Positions 1 through 12,860 of a DNA stretch of 64,000 nucleotides are shown here, in pieces. The position numbers were made by a program, and so were the translations under genes. Source of the DNA: Octopus vulgaris (lineage: Eukaryota). The notes below the pieces were generated by a model that was not told the DNA's origin, ran no database searches, and saw only the letters and a program-made list of their open reading frames with translations. The first letter of the stretch is position 1, and each line of letters starts with the position of its first letter. Location of the stretch: the NCBI GenBank assembly GCA_951406725.2, contig OX597817.1, positions 102,238,001 through 102,302,000 on the forward strand. Reading direction: 5' to 3'.

Positions 1-285
1 AGAATCTCGTGATCTGAATCTCACACATCTGAATTGGACATACTTATGTACATAGTTACTTCACGTTTGATAGAACTCTAAATAATAATACATTTCTCAT
101 ATCAAATCAAACAAAATCTTCCAAAAATAACTTTCTATTAACCTACACCCTACAGGCACATTTTCCTCTTATCCTCTTCTATCACACTTTCAACATATCT
201 ACTCTCGTATTCCACGCCCAATAATCACTTCAGATAGCTCCACTTGCCGAAGGCTGCATAAAGACAAAAAGAGCCTAAGTGTAGC

Positions 286-329
286 ACAGTCTAACGAAGG
301 CTTGCAAGCCGAAACTTTAAGGCCACTGT
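286..329 (+). ncRNA. Degenerate type I hammerhead ribozyme motif (Penelope pLTR-like)
   Basis: acagt-CTAACGA-a-ggcttgcaagcc-GAAAC-tttaag-GCC-actgt. Stem I is acagt/actgt and stem II is palindromic. The core deviates from consensus at CUGANGA and at GUC. Confidence 0.65.
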
Positions 330-1329
330 CATTCTTCCGGTAAAAGTTTAATAAACATGTACTGTACTATAAATTATTGGGTAATCCTTCCGTTTAACAC
401 TAAATTGTTTTTATAAATAAATCGACATGTTTTATAATGTTTGCTTAAACATTTTGAGAAAACAACATTTCTTCATAAAAGCAACGCAACTGAACAAAAC
501 GTAAATACAAAATGTTTTTGAGTTTTCTGAGCGTGGGTGGACGTACAGAGAGAGCATGCGCGCGTGTGCATATCGACGTGTGTGCGCATAAGTTTATGGG
601 TGTGTGTTCATATCTATAGCCATATATTTTTGAGCATGGGTGTCCATGCGCATGTGTTTATGGGAGTGCATTCATCTGTATATCTGTGTATGTACGCGCG
701 CATGGAAGGGCGAGTGAATGTGTGTAAGGGGACGGCTTCATGTGTATATCTGTGTATGTATGAATGGATGTGAGATAGTGTGTATGTGCTTAAGTTACTC
801 TTTATTATTTAATTTTCTTTATTTATTTCGACGTGCCTTTTCATTTGCAGATGCTTCCCATTTGGTGACTGAGTTACATAATTTTCATTTAGTTTCATGT
901 AAAACGAGACTATTGCTCGGCAAGGTCTCGTCCTATATAAAGTGGCGAGAAAAACGAATTAACGCCACAAAGTACGTTACACAGAGAGTAACACTCTTTG
1001 ATATTGTAGACAAACTTTAAGCTCTAATTAGTGGAGGATTAAAATAACCGGCAGAGAATATAAAAAATTAAAAGATATTCCTCAAAAGCTTTCAAACCCT
1101 AGCCTGCTTTGCTTTTTTTTTTCAAGTTTATAATTTTGTTTTAATTTGCTCTTTTGCACTGGTTAAATTTGTGCTATCTCAAGCTATAGCTGGTTCTTAA
1201 ATGCAGAATAATAAGTTCCTTGTTGAACTTGAAAAATACAGAGTTAGAAGGTTGATTTGCACTTTACATTGTGCCTAATGGAAGGACTCGACTGATTCAA
1301 CAAGAATAAATCAATTAGTTAATAATAAG

Positions 1330-1598
1330 CGCGCGCAAGTGTGGCTGTGTGGTAAGAAACTTGCTTCCCAACCACGTGGTTCCGGGTTCAGTCACACTGG
1401 CGGCACCTTGGGCAGGTGTCTTCTACTATAGCCTTTAGTCGACCAAAGCGTCATGAGTGGATTTGGTAGATGAAAACCGAAAGAAGCCCGTCGGATTTAT
1501 GTATGTGTGTGTGTGATGCACGACCGGTATTGATGTGTTTATGTCCTCGTAAGCGGCACTCAGCATGACCGCAGTCAAATGACTGAAACAAGTAAAGG
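1330..1598 (+). mobile_element. tRNA-derived CORE-type SINE (family B, OR2-like), internally deleted
   Basis: A/B-box head (gtggctgtgtggtaag...gggttcagtc), CORE-like ccttgggcaggtgtctt and tail gactgaaacaagtaaa. Matches other copies in the window. Confidence 0.85.
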
Positions 1599-2159
1599 AT
1601 TTAAGATAGAAGAATGGACATCTGGAAAAAGTAAATTCTGGCTGTGATGTATCATGTATATCTTAGTGTTCTCAGTCCTTAGATGGTGGCCATGCTTTGG
1701 TTTAATTGATTATATTGAGCCCAGTAATTATTTTATCAACCTCTAAAAGATGGAAAGCAAAGGGTAACTGGGAAGAACCTGAACTCAGAACTTGAAGGGA
1801 CATAAACAACACCACAAAATATTTTCCAAAGTTTTGCTGATTTCATCATCCAACTAACATAAACTAATTATCCAATTAAGGAATAATCGTTTTGGAACCA
1901 CTTCAAATCACGACAGGTACATCATCGATTTTCTGGATCCTTTGTTTCTAAAGACTTTCCAGATTACTATTTTTTGAAGAGGAGATGGTCACTTCTAAAC
2001 TAAACAAATATTAAATTTACTGACCTGACACAATAGTAAACCATGATCACCAAAGTGATTCCCCCAAAGTTAGGCCCTTCCACTGCACAAATGTGGGCGA
2101 CTCGGGTGAGCTATTTCTAATGAAATACATGTACGTATATACATTATTATAAATGATAC

Positions 2160-3320
2160 AACTTTAATATTACTGTACTGTGTAAGTTACCCCAAAGTAG
2201 TCCCCTTCTGAAGCCAACACGTTAACGAGTCGTTTGAATTGATGGAATCATTCCTGGAGTACCTTTTAGGGATAGTGAGCAACTGCTTCGTCACATTCTC
2301 TTGGATTCCCTCGACGTTTTGAAATCTTCTTCCTTTCAAGTGGGATTTGATTTTTGGAAAGTGGGAAAAGCTGCAAGGGACAAGATCTGGGGTTGTTGGA
2401 CCTAGGAATGTTGTACTCGGCCAAAAACTGTTGTAAAATTGCGTTGTCATGATGGAGTTGCCATTCCGCGGACGCACGCAGTTGTCCTTTTCTGACGAAC
2501 AGCAACCCACAAATTCTGCAACACGCCACGGTGGTACACTTTGTTTACTCTCTGACAAGGTGGAGCATACTTATGATGAGCAATGCCTTCACATTGACTT
2601 AACTCATTCGTGCTTTCTTCGGTCTCAGAGAATATGAGGTTTTTCACTGCGAAGACTGAGCTTTCGTTTAGAGGTCATAGCCATTGTCTCACGATTCGCC
2701 ACCGGTCATGACCATTTTCAAACAGTTTTCGTCTTCCTCGACACAATCAAGGAAATCCTGCACAGCTGAAACCTGATCTTTTGGTCACCTCAAAGCAATT
2801 TTGACACAAACTTGGCAGACACGCGTCTCAATCAAATCTTCTGTGAAAATGAACTGAACTGAGCCATAACTAATATTCACATCCCTCAACAACTCACACG
2901 CAGCGATACCGAACAGCTGCACGTACATTTGCGACATTTTCACCATTTCTGCTGGTTGCGGGTCTCCCAGAATGTGAACCAAATCGGCCATCTTGGAAAC
3001 GTTTGAACCACTCATACACTTGTGTCTGGATCTTACACGCCTCTCCATACTTTTGAGTAGGCCTCTACACAGGTATTACCAAGCTCTTGACAAAATTTGA
3101 TGCAGATTCTCTGCTCAATTTTTTCTGCCATAGTCACTGATGGAATCTCTGTGGTGTGGTGAGACGACCACACTCTATATACTTTATTTCCAAGCACTGC
3201 TATAAACAACGGAAGTGAACGAGAACATTATTACTTAGTGTGCATGCGCGACAGAGTTCAAGGTAAAGCTGTGCCAAGCGACTTTGCTCTGCGCTTTTAG
3301 CTTCGTTATCATAGCAATAA
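2160..3320 (-). mobile_element. Decayed mariner transposon
   Basis: Frameshifted motifs TG(G)ES*, WQLHHDNA and PDLVPCSFSHFPKIKSHLKGRRF (mariner SPDLAP.DF.LFP). Confidence 0.9.
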
Positions 3321-3339
3321 ATTATGTACAAAGAGACAT

Positions 3340-4030
3340 TGTATGAAGAAGATGCTTCGTGGGAAAATTTACTGGTGCTCCCGAAAAGGATGCAACGAGT
3401 GTGTGTCTGTCAGAAAAGATTCAAGGTAGGAAAGTGGCACTCTTCCTCTTAAGACTGTACTGCCTTCCCTTTACTCGTGGGTCAAGAATTGACTTTAGTC
3501 TGGTTCTGTGTTGAAGAACAGGGGATGAGCCACTGCACAACCGTTGATTACAACAGCTATGTTCATAAAATATGTCCAAAGGACCTCCTCGCAACCCATT
3601 TCACCTAGGCATTCATGGGTAGATTACTGAGATAGACGAAATAGTCTTCTAAACGTAAAACTCAACCGAGGGATGGTGCTATCGGGACTGTGGATCTTCG
3701 GAGGAGTGTGTTGTGAGACCGGACATGCTTCATTATGCTGTGCCATATCAGAGTAGCGACACACTAGAGGAATGCATACGTCAGACGATTCTTACAGGAA
3801 CCACAATTTTCATTCGCTTGTGAAGGGCTTACTCTCACATTCCTGAAACTGATGGTTATAATCTTCGACATAGAACAGTGTACCACAGCGTTGAGCTTAT
3901 TAACTCGATAGATGGTACCCACGCACAACAAGTAGAAAAAAGTACATAGGCCTGTGTAAAACGAGGCAAAAAGCTACGCTGTGGGATCCATCATTCTATG
4001 GTTGATTCGTATCTCTGGCGCAGGAGATAT
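3340..4030 (+). pseudogene. Merlin (IS1595/ISXO2-like) transposase remnant
   Basis: Manual translation across frameshifts gives WCSRKGCNECVSVRKDS, EIDE, KRKLNRG, WIFGGV, GTTIF, HRTVYHS and GTHAQQVE in the Merlin order. Confidence 0.8.
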
Positions 4031-4932
4031 GAAAATTGTAATTTGTTTGTGAAACTCCTAGAGTGTACCTCAAACTTTCGGTTTTAACTTTTCACAAAAA
4101 AAAAAATGTATTAATTACTTACATGAACCGAACTATTAAAACAGTAGTGTAACGTACAATTTAGTTAATAAAAATTCGCCGTTGTAATGTTGTGATAGAA
4201 AACTATCACGCAGAAAATGACAATTTCCAAATCCTGTTTTCTGATTGGGTACAAATTATCAAACTTTAAACCTCTGTGATATTTTTCTAAAATTTTTATG
4301 GAACAAATGAATAAGAAAATTGGATTCAGGATGAAAAATTACATGACTATACTAAATTTGAAAATTTTCACTAAATTTTAAAATGTCAAAAACTGTGACA
4401 GCAACAGAAAAGATTCGACTAACTCCCTGCCCCCAACACATTGTAATGAGGTGAACAATACAACCGAGATATTTCGGTGACTTCAGTATACATTAAGGCA
4501 CTAATGTTATTAATACCTATTGAGTTACTTGTAATTTCAATCTCATATAAAATTTGTTTCAGAAATCGATTTGAAATCCTTGCCACTTCCGTCTATTATG
4601 ATCCTGACTTTTTCAAGACACCTACAAACATTTACAGTTCGATTGTTGATGTAGTTTGGATTTCCACGTGCCCATCTCGCTGTCTTTTTTTAATATGGTC
4701 CTCATGATGAGCTTTTGTCTTCTTGTACAAGTATGTCACCATTACGACAAGCTTTCATGAATTTTTTTTTCCATAAATATTGTAAATTCGGTATGGTCAG
4801 AAACTGAGGCTCAGCTTATTGCGCCACGGCGTTTTATTCTGGTCTGTCGAAAATCTATCTTCTTATATCAAATAGTATGGGCTTTATGTTTTCGCTATTT
4901 TAAAAGATAACCCGTTCAAAGCAATGTAATAC

Positions 4933-4974
4933 GAGAGAGAGAGAGAGGAGGAGAAAGAGAGAGAGAGAGAGTGA

Positions 4975-5034
<60 letters not shown>

Positions 5035-5035
5035 G
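4933..5035. repeat. (GA)n microsatellite
   Basis: Direct reading. Confidence 0.95.
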
Positions 5036-5801
5036 AACCCCGAAAGCGCTATTAATACGTTCTACGACCTTGTTGCGTTGCGGGATGTCTACGTATTTTA
5101 AAACACTCACGGACGCACGCCACCATGAAAAACAAAAGACGAAAAAATTAATTTCAAATATTTTTTTACCTGACTAAAACATACAAATGAATTGGCTGTT
5201 AAATTAATTTTTTTTAAGAATATATTTAGATAACCTAGTCTGGACAAGTGACTTTATTTATTTTTTTCTTTATACGTGTCTTTGTGACATTTAAATGAAC
5301 TTTGCAAAGCTTGCTTAACTTTCATGTTCTTTATTGTTTTCTTACTTTGTTTTTCAATGTTAATTCATAATTTTCTCGTAAAGAGCGTCTAAATCACAAA
5401 TAATAGAGTACATTTTATGTATTGTAAATTGTTTCGGATTTGTATTAAAATTTTCTTACTCTTCTTCATTACCACCTTACTCGTCCGTTTCAAAAAGTGT
5501 TTTACCGTTGTGGTCCTTTGATGGAGAGCCAACGCACCAACATACATGAGCTGTATCAGAAGTTTCAATTCGTAGGGCATTTCGTTTTCGGAACGATCCT
5601 TTCTGTAATTGTCTAAAACTATGGTTGAAAGCTTAGGAAATCATTAACCAAGTGCAATGAAAAAAAAAACAGGTTGACTAAGACTACTTTTGATTACATC
5701 TCAAAATGAGGAAAGGGAAAGTCGATCTTATCGGAATTTGAACTCAGAACATAAAGATGGACGAAATGCTGTTAAGCATTTCGCTCTGCGTGCTAACTGG
5801 C

Positions 5802-6360
5802 ACAATCCCAGAAAGTCCTTGAGGTCAATTGCAAAAGATCTCCATGTGTTAGAAGGAGCAGTCAAAAATGTTGTCCACGAAGACATCAGATATAAGTCTT
5901 ATACGATGAGAAAAGGTCAATCTGTCAGAAAAAGCAAAAGAAAATCACTACGTCAGATCTAAAAGGCTCTTAAACAAACTGAAAAATCCAGCAGAAGATT
6001 TGATTTGTTTTTTGTTTTTTTTCAAACGTGAAAAACTTCGACCAAGATCAAAAAGTTAACAGAAGAAATGACAGATGGTTATGTGCAGACTCTTCTGAAG
6101 TTTCAAGTGTTATGCATACAAAATTTCCTGCAACTGTCATGGTTTTAGGGGTTGTCAGCAATGAAGGACATGTGCTGCTTCCTTACTTCTTTCCACAAGG
6201 CCTTAAAGTTAACTCTGCCGCTTACATTGAAGTCTTGGAAATAATTGTTAAGCCCTGGTTAGACAGTGTATGCAGTGAAAGACCATATGTGTTTCAGTAA
6301 GACTCTGCACTATCATACATGGCTCTAGTAAAACAGGAATAGATGGCTTAAAATTTTCAT
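5802..6360 (+). pseudogene. Tc1/mariner-superfamily (maT/DD37D-like) transposase fragment
   Basis: NPRKSLRSIAKDL, KNFDQDQKVNRRNDRW, TKFPATVMVLGVVSNEG and PYVFQ*DSA (FQQDSAP). Confidence 0.85.
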
Positions 6361-7340
6361 CCCGCCGAATATATTATTTGTGCTGTTTCTCAGAGAAATA
6401 TTAATTTTACGATTCTTGTAAAAATAATCTAATTTTGTATTATTAATGGAAAATATGATATATATCTAAATAAATTCTTAGTGAAAACCCAAATCATATA
6501 AATTTACTTTTAATAACATCGCTATATTTATTACAAGTGAAGTGTTTGTTTATCAGTCTACGCATAACTTTGATTAAATTTGTTTTTATTTGTTTAGCAA
6601 AAGGTACAATTAGACAAATAGTATTATCATCTACTTTATTAGTATAGTAATTCCCAGTGTTTATTTTGGTGGATTTTATACAAGGTGTATATTTTTTATT
6701 CGTTTTTGTGTTGTAATTACCATTTTTATTATCATTATTATCATCAGATCTTAAGTTATTAATCTGGGTCAATTATTTTTATGTTTCCTATTTCCATCCT
6801 AATTTGTGTTTCTTTTATTAGGTTTGATGTGTTATGTATCTAGATTTACATCTTTTTTTATCGTTATGTGAATATACATTAGTGTTTTGGTCTGTTTTAT
6901 CTGTTTACAACTCTGTTATTCTTACTATATTTCTACAGTGTATTCTATAGCCTGTTTCATTTTTATTTATATTATTCATTTTAATTCTAGTCGTTATCTT
7001 AAGTTTTTTTCATATTATTATTATATTTTTTATTTCTTGATCTATATTCACATTATTAACGATATGTCTATTATATTCGATTTTCTGCTTATATCCTATC
7101 TTTTCCAATAGAATGTTGTAGTCTTTATTTCCCTCAAAAATCTCATATGAGAGGTAATTAATTCTTTTTTCTATATTTTTAATCAAAAATTAGTAATTGA
7201 CTTTGGATGATTACTTCTAATATTAATATAAGTTATTTTAGAATTCGGTTTATGGTAAAGTGCATATTTTCCTGTTTTTAGGTTAAAATTCACATCTAAA
7301 AAGTTAACAGAATTGGGCTCCTTTTCTATTGAAATATATA

Positions 7341-7747
7341 CTCTTTACTCTTTACTCTTTTACTTGTTTCAGTCATTTTGACTGCGGCCATGCTGGAGCA
7401 CCGCCTTTAGTCGAGCAAATCGACCCCGGGACTTATTCTTTGTAAGCCCAGTACTTATTCTATCGGTCTCTTTTGCCGAACCGCTAAGTGACGGGAACGT
7501 AAACACACCAACATCGGTTGTCAAGCAATGCTAGAGGGACAAACACAGACACACAAACATATACACACACATACATATATATATACATATATACGATAGG
7601 CTTCTTTCAGTTTCTGTCTACCAAATCCACTCACAAGGCTTTGGTCGGCCCGAGGCTATAGCAGAAGACACTTGCCCAAGATGCCACGCAGTGGGACTGA
7701 ACCCGAAACCATGTGGTTGGTTAGCAAGCTACTTACCACACAGCCAC
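7341..7747 (-). mobile_element. CORE-type SINE (family B), full length, inserted in the Penelope-like RT
   Basis: Complete head, core and tail ending in (agtaaaag)n on the minus strand. Confidence 0.9.
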
Positions 7748-8854
7748 ACAACCAATAGTCTAAATCTATTGAAGAACTTATGCAATTTTTCTTATATGAA
7801 TCCATTTTTCTATTAGAAGGATTTTTGATGATAAACAGTGCATCATCCCTATATAAACCACCCCTTATTTCTGGAAATTCTCTATTAAACTTAGGTAAAA
7901 TGTATATCTAACAAAATGAGTTGCCTGAGCGGAATCTGTGGAACCTATAGCGATATCGAAACAGTCAGGTGTCTTTTCTAGACTATAATTTATCATCAAA
8001 CGTTATTATAGATTTTCTGGGTGTTAATACAACTTTTATTTCATTCATAGTCATTTTTGTATTATTCTTAGCAAATATAAGTGCACTATTAAGAACTGTT
8101 GGGTTAATAGATGAGTAATAATCATTAATGTCTACCTGCAAGCATTTACATCTATCTTTCTTATCAATTTTGTTGAACCAACTAATTGCCTCTTGTGTAT
8201 TTGACCATAGTTCCAATTTAATTTTATTCTTCAGTTCATCTATATATTTGTCCATAATAAATTTGCTCAATTTGCCTAGGTCTGATTTAGCTGGGCAAAT
8301 TAATCTCGCGTTAGGGCCTGTTTCAAAATTATCTTTGTGGTCCTTCAAAAATATTCTTGGTCTTAATGGAACAAAAGGTTCCGTCCTATCGTCTGTAGTG
8401 TATACTGTCATTATTCCTTTAGATTCAAGATTTATTGATCTTAGTATATTTTTGTTAACTGTCTTATATTTTCTAGTGATTTCTTTCTTAAGAAGATCAT
8501 GATATAAATCAATATTTAAATTATGAATATTTCCCGTTTTGTCCGAGTGAACTAAAATATTTTAAATCCGAGATTATGGATCTTAATTTCCTCCTCAGAT
8601 GTTCATTCCTAAGTGGGTACTTGACAAATTTAATGTTCCTTACTATATCCCATATATCATCTTCAAAACCCTCCAATGTCTGTTAGGTGGTGGATATCTT
8701 CTTGTTTTAAAATCATTCTTTATTAATTCTGTTTCCATGTTTCTATATTCATTTTTCCCATTATTTTCTTCTAATCTTTTGTCAAAATGGTACGCCTTCC
8801 ATCTTCTTTTTATGACTTGTTTAATTTTATTTATCAATTCCTTCAAGTATTCCT

Positions 8855-8858
<4 letters not shown>

Positions 8859-8921
<63 letters not shown>

Positions 8922-8930
8922 TAAGAATAT

Positions 8931-9003
<73 letters not shown>

Positions 9004-9008
9004 AAGAA
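8859..9008. repeat. Compound (TAA)n/(GAA)n microsatellite within the PLE ORF N-terminus
   Basis: Direct reading. Confidence 0.95.
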
Positions 9009-9240
9009 TATTCGGGAGTATGACTCCAAACTTGCAGGGAAAAATTCAGTTTAGTATTAAATCAAATTTCACAATATAAATGTATAATATATATAAATTA
9101 GAGGAAAACCACTATTATGCAATTCAAAGAATGATAGACATAAACCAGATTATAAAGAAAAAATAAAATATATTATAAAACATATAACTAGATCACAAAA
9201 AGTACAAAAAAATGAATAAACAATGTATAAGAAGTAAAAA

Positions 9241-9342
9241 GACTACGTACGTTTCGTGGCTGTAACTTCAATTCGAATTCCAATTAAATTTAAATTTAAT
9301 CGAAACACAATTCAATTTAAAAGTATAATCACTCCTCAGGTC
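9241..9342 (-). ncRNA. Type I hammerhead ribozyme with intact core and long stem II
   Basis: Minus strand reads gac-CUGAGGA-gtgattatac..(long AT insert)..gttacagccac-GAAAC-gtac-GUA-gtc, with palindromic stem III (acgtacgt). Confidence 0.75.
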
Positions 9343-9697
9343 AACAATAATAACAATAATAGTAGTAGTAATAATAATAATAATAATAGTTAAATAAATA
9401 ATATTTCTGAAAGAAATAAAATCATGATTGTTCTTATAGAAGAAACTCCGTTAACTAAATTTGAAACATAAAGAGTAGGACCAGGCGTCTATAATACATT
9501 TATCATGTTGAAAACCTAAGGTAAAAAATAGAGTAAATAGATAGAAAAATGTATTTATCTGTGAAGATATATTTTAGCTTTGAGAATAACATTAACAAAC
9601 TATAGAATATCTTTTCATTAACTATACTCCTAATATTTTACGTTACAAACTATTTACAAAACAATCACACTTAATACTTTTAGATTTTAGTTCACGC

Positions 9698-9752
<55 letters not shown>

Positions 9753-9755
<3 letters not shown>

Positions 9756-9993
9756 GACCGTAGGAGTGACTATAATTTTAAATTGAATTGTTTTTCGATT
9801 AAATTTAAATTTAATTGTAATTCGAATTGAAGTTATAGCCACAAATCAAACGTAGTCTTTTTATTTATTATATATTGTTTATTCATTTTTTGTGATCTAG
9901 TTATATGTTTTGTCATATATTTTATTTTTTCTTTATAATTTGGTTTATGTCTATCATTATTTGAATTGTATAATAGTGGTTTTTCTCTAATTT
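9753..9993 (+). mobile_element. Inverted second copy of the PLE pLTR with degenerate hammerhead
   Basis: Reverse-complement match to 9095-9345. Core mutated (cgtagga; aaatc). Confidence 0.85.
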
Positions 9994-10067
<74 letters not shown>

Positions 10068-11140
10068 GTACGTGTATGTGTGTGTGTACATATATCCACA
10101 GAAATATGTATACATATATACATATACATACAGATACATATACACATACACGCACATGCCATATTTACAGGAATATAACGCTTCTCCCCTTTAAAATGCT
10201 CGTTATACGTATGTTACTTGTTTGTGCAAAAATCAAATATTTTGATAATATTTTTGTTTATCAATGAAGTATAAGAAAAGCAGTCAAACTTGGAGCCTCA
10301 TTTTACAATAACAGCCTTTGGTTGTTTTTATAAACAAGTATTTATGCATGATGAATGAAATAGCTATAGGAATGATTTAACTCTGCATGAATATATCAAT
10401 AATGGCTGCATTAAGAATCCCAGTGTTGCGAAAGAGTTGCCAGGGAGTTAAGAAATGCTGGCGTGAGTCATCTCTTTTTGTCATCTCTTTTTCATGAAGC
10501 GTGCTATCAATTATGCTTTAGATTACACGGCGAGAGCAGCAGAGAAGAAGAATCTGAAGGTTTCCAACATAGTAGTGAAGAGAAAATTAAAATCTTTGAA
10601 GATAAGAAGTGAATAAAAATCAAACTACACAGCCTTGTACTTATTCGTAATTTCAAAATATATGAAAGATAATCACTTAGCTTTAGTGTTCAATAAAAAA
10701 AAATACAATTTTTGCCAATGTTATCCCCAATTTTTTTTTTATACAGTACTTTATTTAAGTGAAATTTATTTTATATTTTGTTTTATTTTCATCCGAAGTA
10801 CTGAAACGCCAAATTTTTTGTTCTGTCGATATAGTTTACTCACAATAGATATTTGGCACAAATATTCAATTTTTAAAGAAGGGTATTTGCTTGAATTTAA
10901 ATATAATGTTTTACCTCAGATTTCTCTCTTATAATTGGGCAAATACGTTACACACACACACACACACACATTGATAGATAAATATAGATATATGAGTGTC
11001 TATATATATATGTATGTGTGTATATATGTATATATATTTATATATATATGTATGTATGTATATATACATACATACATATTCTTACATACACATACACACA
11101 CACTCACACGCACACACGCACGCACACGCACACACACACA

Positions 11141-11203
<63 letters not shown>

Positions 11204-12035
11204 GCAAATTTACTGTATTCTTTAATAACTCAAAGGTTCATAATTGCAATCCACTTTCCCATTCTTTCAGTTTGTAATCTCTTGAATTATCTGTTGTTTG
11301 AATGTATTTTGAAATATTACACGAAAACATTCAAAAATATTTTAAAACATTTAATATTTAATATTTTAAAATATTTTTTAAAAAAAGAGGGAAATCATTT
11401 ATCTTTGTATTTTTTTCAAAAAATCGTGTGAACGGCGCATGTAAAAACCACTATTTAACGCTTATATCATTCATTTCATTTGTGGATCTCCTGAAAATAC
11501 TTAAACGTCTTTTTTTTAAACTTACCAATGCATTTTGATTTTAAACATCTAAGAAATTTCCTCTTATGAAATTGCATTGTTTAAGCTAAACTTTATGGGA
11601 TTTTTTTTAAAAACAATTTGATACCAACGTTTCTTTCCCTCCCCACCCACGTCAAAAGTCACACAGGCTGGCACTCAGACAAAAGTTACTCAGCTTAGTG
11701 ATTACAAGTTGCTAACATCTCAGTTCTTTTATTCAAACTGTTGCTAACTCAAAGCAGATATTAATTTTTCAATCAAAGGTCTGTCAGCGCTTTTGTTATA
11801 AAGCTGCCGCTCTTGTATGGTTGTTCCTAATTTACAACCGACCAGAAAATTCTGAATTTGTAAGAATTATCCCCACATGAGAACCATGTAAATTTCGACA
11901 AAGTTGTAGCGCTTTTTTATCACGACTGACAAAAAATGTTTAAGGTTATAAAAAAAGCTATTCGAAAGTTCAATTCGGTTGCCCCAGTATATATTTTAGA
12001 CTGATTTCTATTGTTAGTTTCTATTTTAGTTCTGT

Positions 12036-12126
<91 letters not shown>

Positions 12127-12129
12127 TCC

Positions 12130-12250
12130 TTAATAAGTCTTCCTTTATATATTCTCTCGCAGCAGCACAGTTGTCATGTGACTTGACGTATGGCACAACT
12201 TTCAGCTTAAAACCAGCTTCATATTTCCTTTGTTTGTCACTTGGAGCCAT
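12130..12250 (-). pseudogene. pogo-type transposase N-terminus (Brinker-like HTH) fragment
   Basis: MAPSDKQRKYEAGFKLKVVPYVKSHDNCAAAREY resembles pogo R.Y...FKL.VV.YA....N.AAAR.F. Confidence 0.7.
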
Positions 12251-12639
12251 GAGGGGGTTTTACAGTTGCTGGAAATTAATGTCCCCCCAGTGAGAGTACT
12301 GCTGCTTATGAAGGTGTGACAACATGAACCTTTTCAAGAAACCCTGTCTGTAAATGTTTAAAAGTAACCGGTAACTGTAAGGTTTATTGGGATTAGTCTA
12401 ACTGACACAAGCTGACCAGTCACAGAATGTATCGGTATATGCAGCTAATCTGCCGTAAACTACACTTGTCCTGAAAGCCCACGGTTGGCTGAGCTCTGTG
12501 CGAGAGAGCGCTCTAACGAGGCAGTGTGAACAGAACAAACTGGGTCCGGCTGAACGGGCTGATAGTTTACATTTTCTGTTCTTCAGCTGTTGCAAATGGT
12601 GACTGGTGTCTATCCGCTAAGTTTGTTGTGAAGGCTGTG

Positions 12640-12860
12640 ATAAGAGATTTGCATGTGACCTCGTGTGTACCGTTGGCGATTTTTTTCCCTCTGTCTTCCC
12701 TTCTCTGGATCTTTCCTTCTCCTATGTTTCCGACGAAGAGCTTCGCTCGAAACGTTAAACCCTCCTTCTTCCTTTCTTTCCTGAGCGTCCAATAATACTA
12801 TATTTGTTCCACGTCCTCGCGTTGTTGTGTTTTTTTTGTGTTTTCTTGTTTGGATTAACT
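12640..12860 (+). mobile_element. Short pLTR-like repeat with minimal hammerhead motif (12726-12760), ending at (TA)n
   Basis: gttt-CCGACGA-a-gagc(ttc)gctc-GAAAC-GTT-aaac, with palindromic aacgtt. Confidence 0.65.

Larger units (their letters stand above)
6360..9345 (-). mobile_element. Decayed Penelope-like retroelement (Naiad-like), 3'-truncated, with 5' pLTR and hammerhead
   Basis: LINKIKQVIKRRWKAYHF, FLKDHKDNF..RLICPAKSDLGKLSK, QVDINDYYSSI, FDIAIGS, GLYRDDAL (~7840-7865), VNFLDVNFNL and VPFAKQIKTNL..LINKHF. Interrupted by a SINE and a microsatellite. No GIY-YIG domain seen. Confidence 0.85.

Noticed and set aside
1330-1410. tRNA genes at SINE heads
   Set aside because: A/B boxes are present but there is no full cloverleaf, and each continues into a SINE body.
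4702-4760. Imperfect fold-back tcatga..gacaagctttcatga
   Set aside because: Short, bulged arms that are compatible with chance.
6494-6496. In-frame TGA in the Naiad-like ORF as a selenocysteine codon
   Set aside because: It aligns before the SYS-like motif rather than at a Cys position, the copy has many other lesions, and the 3' region where a SECIS would lie is missing.
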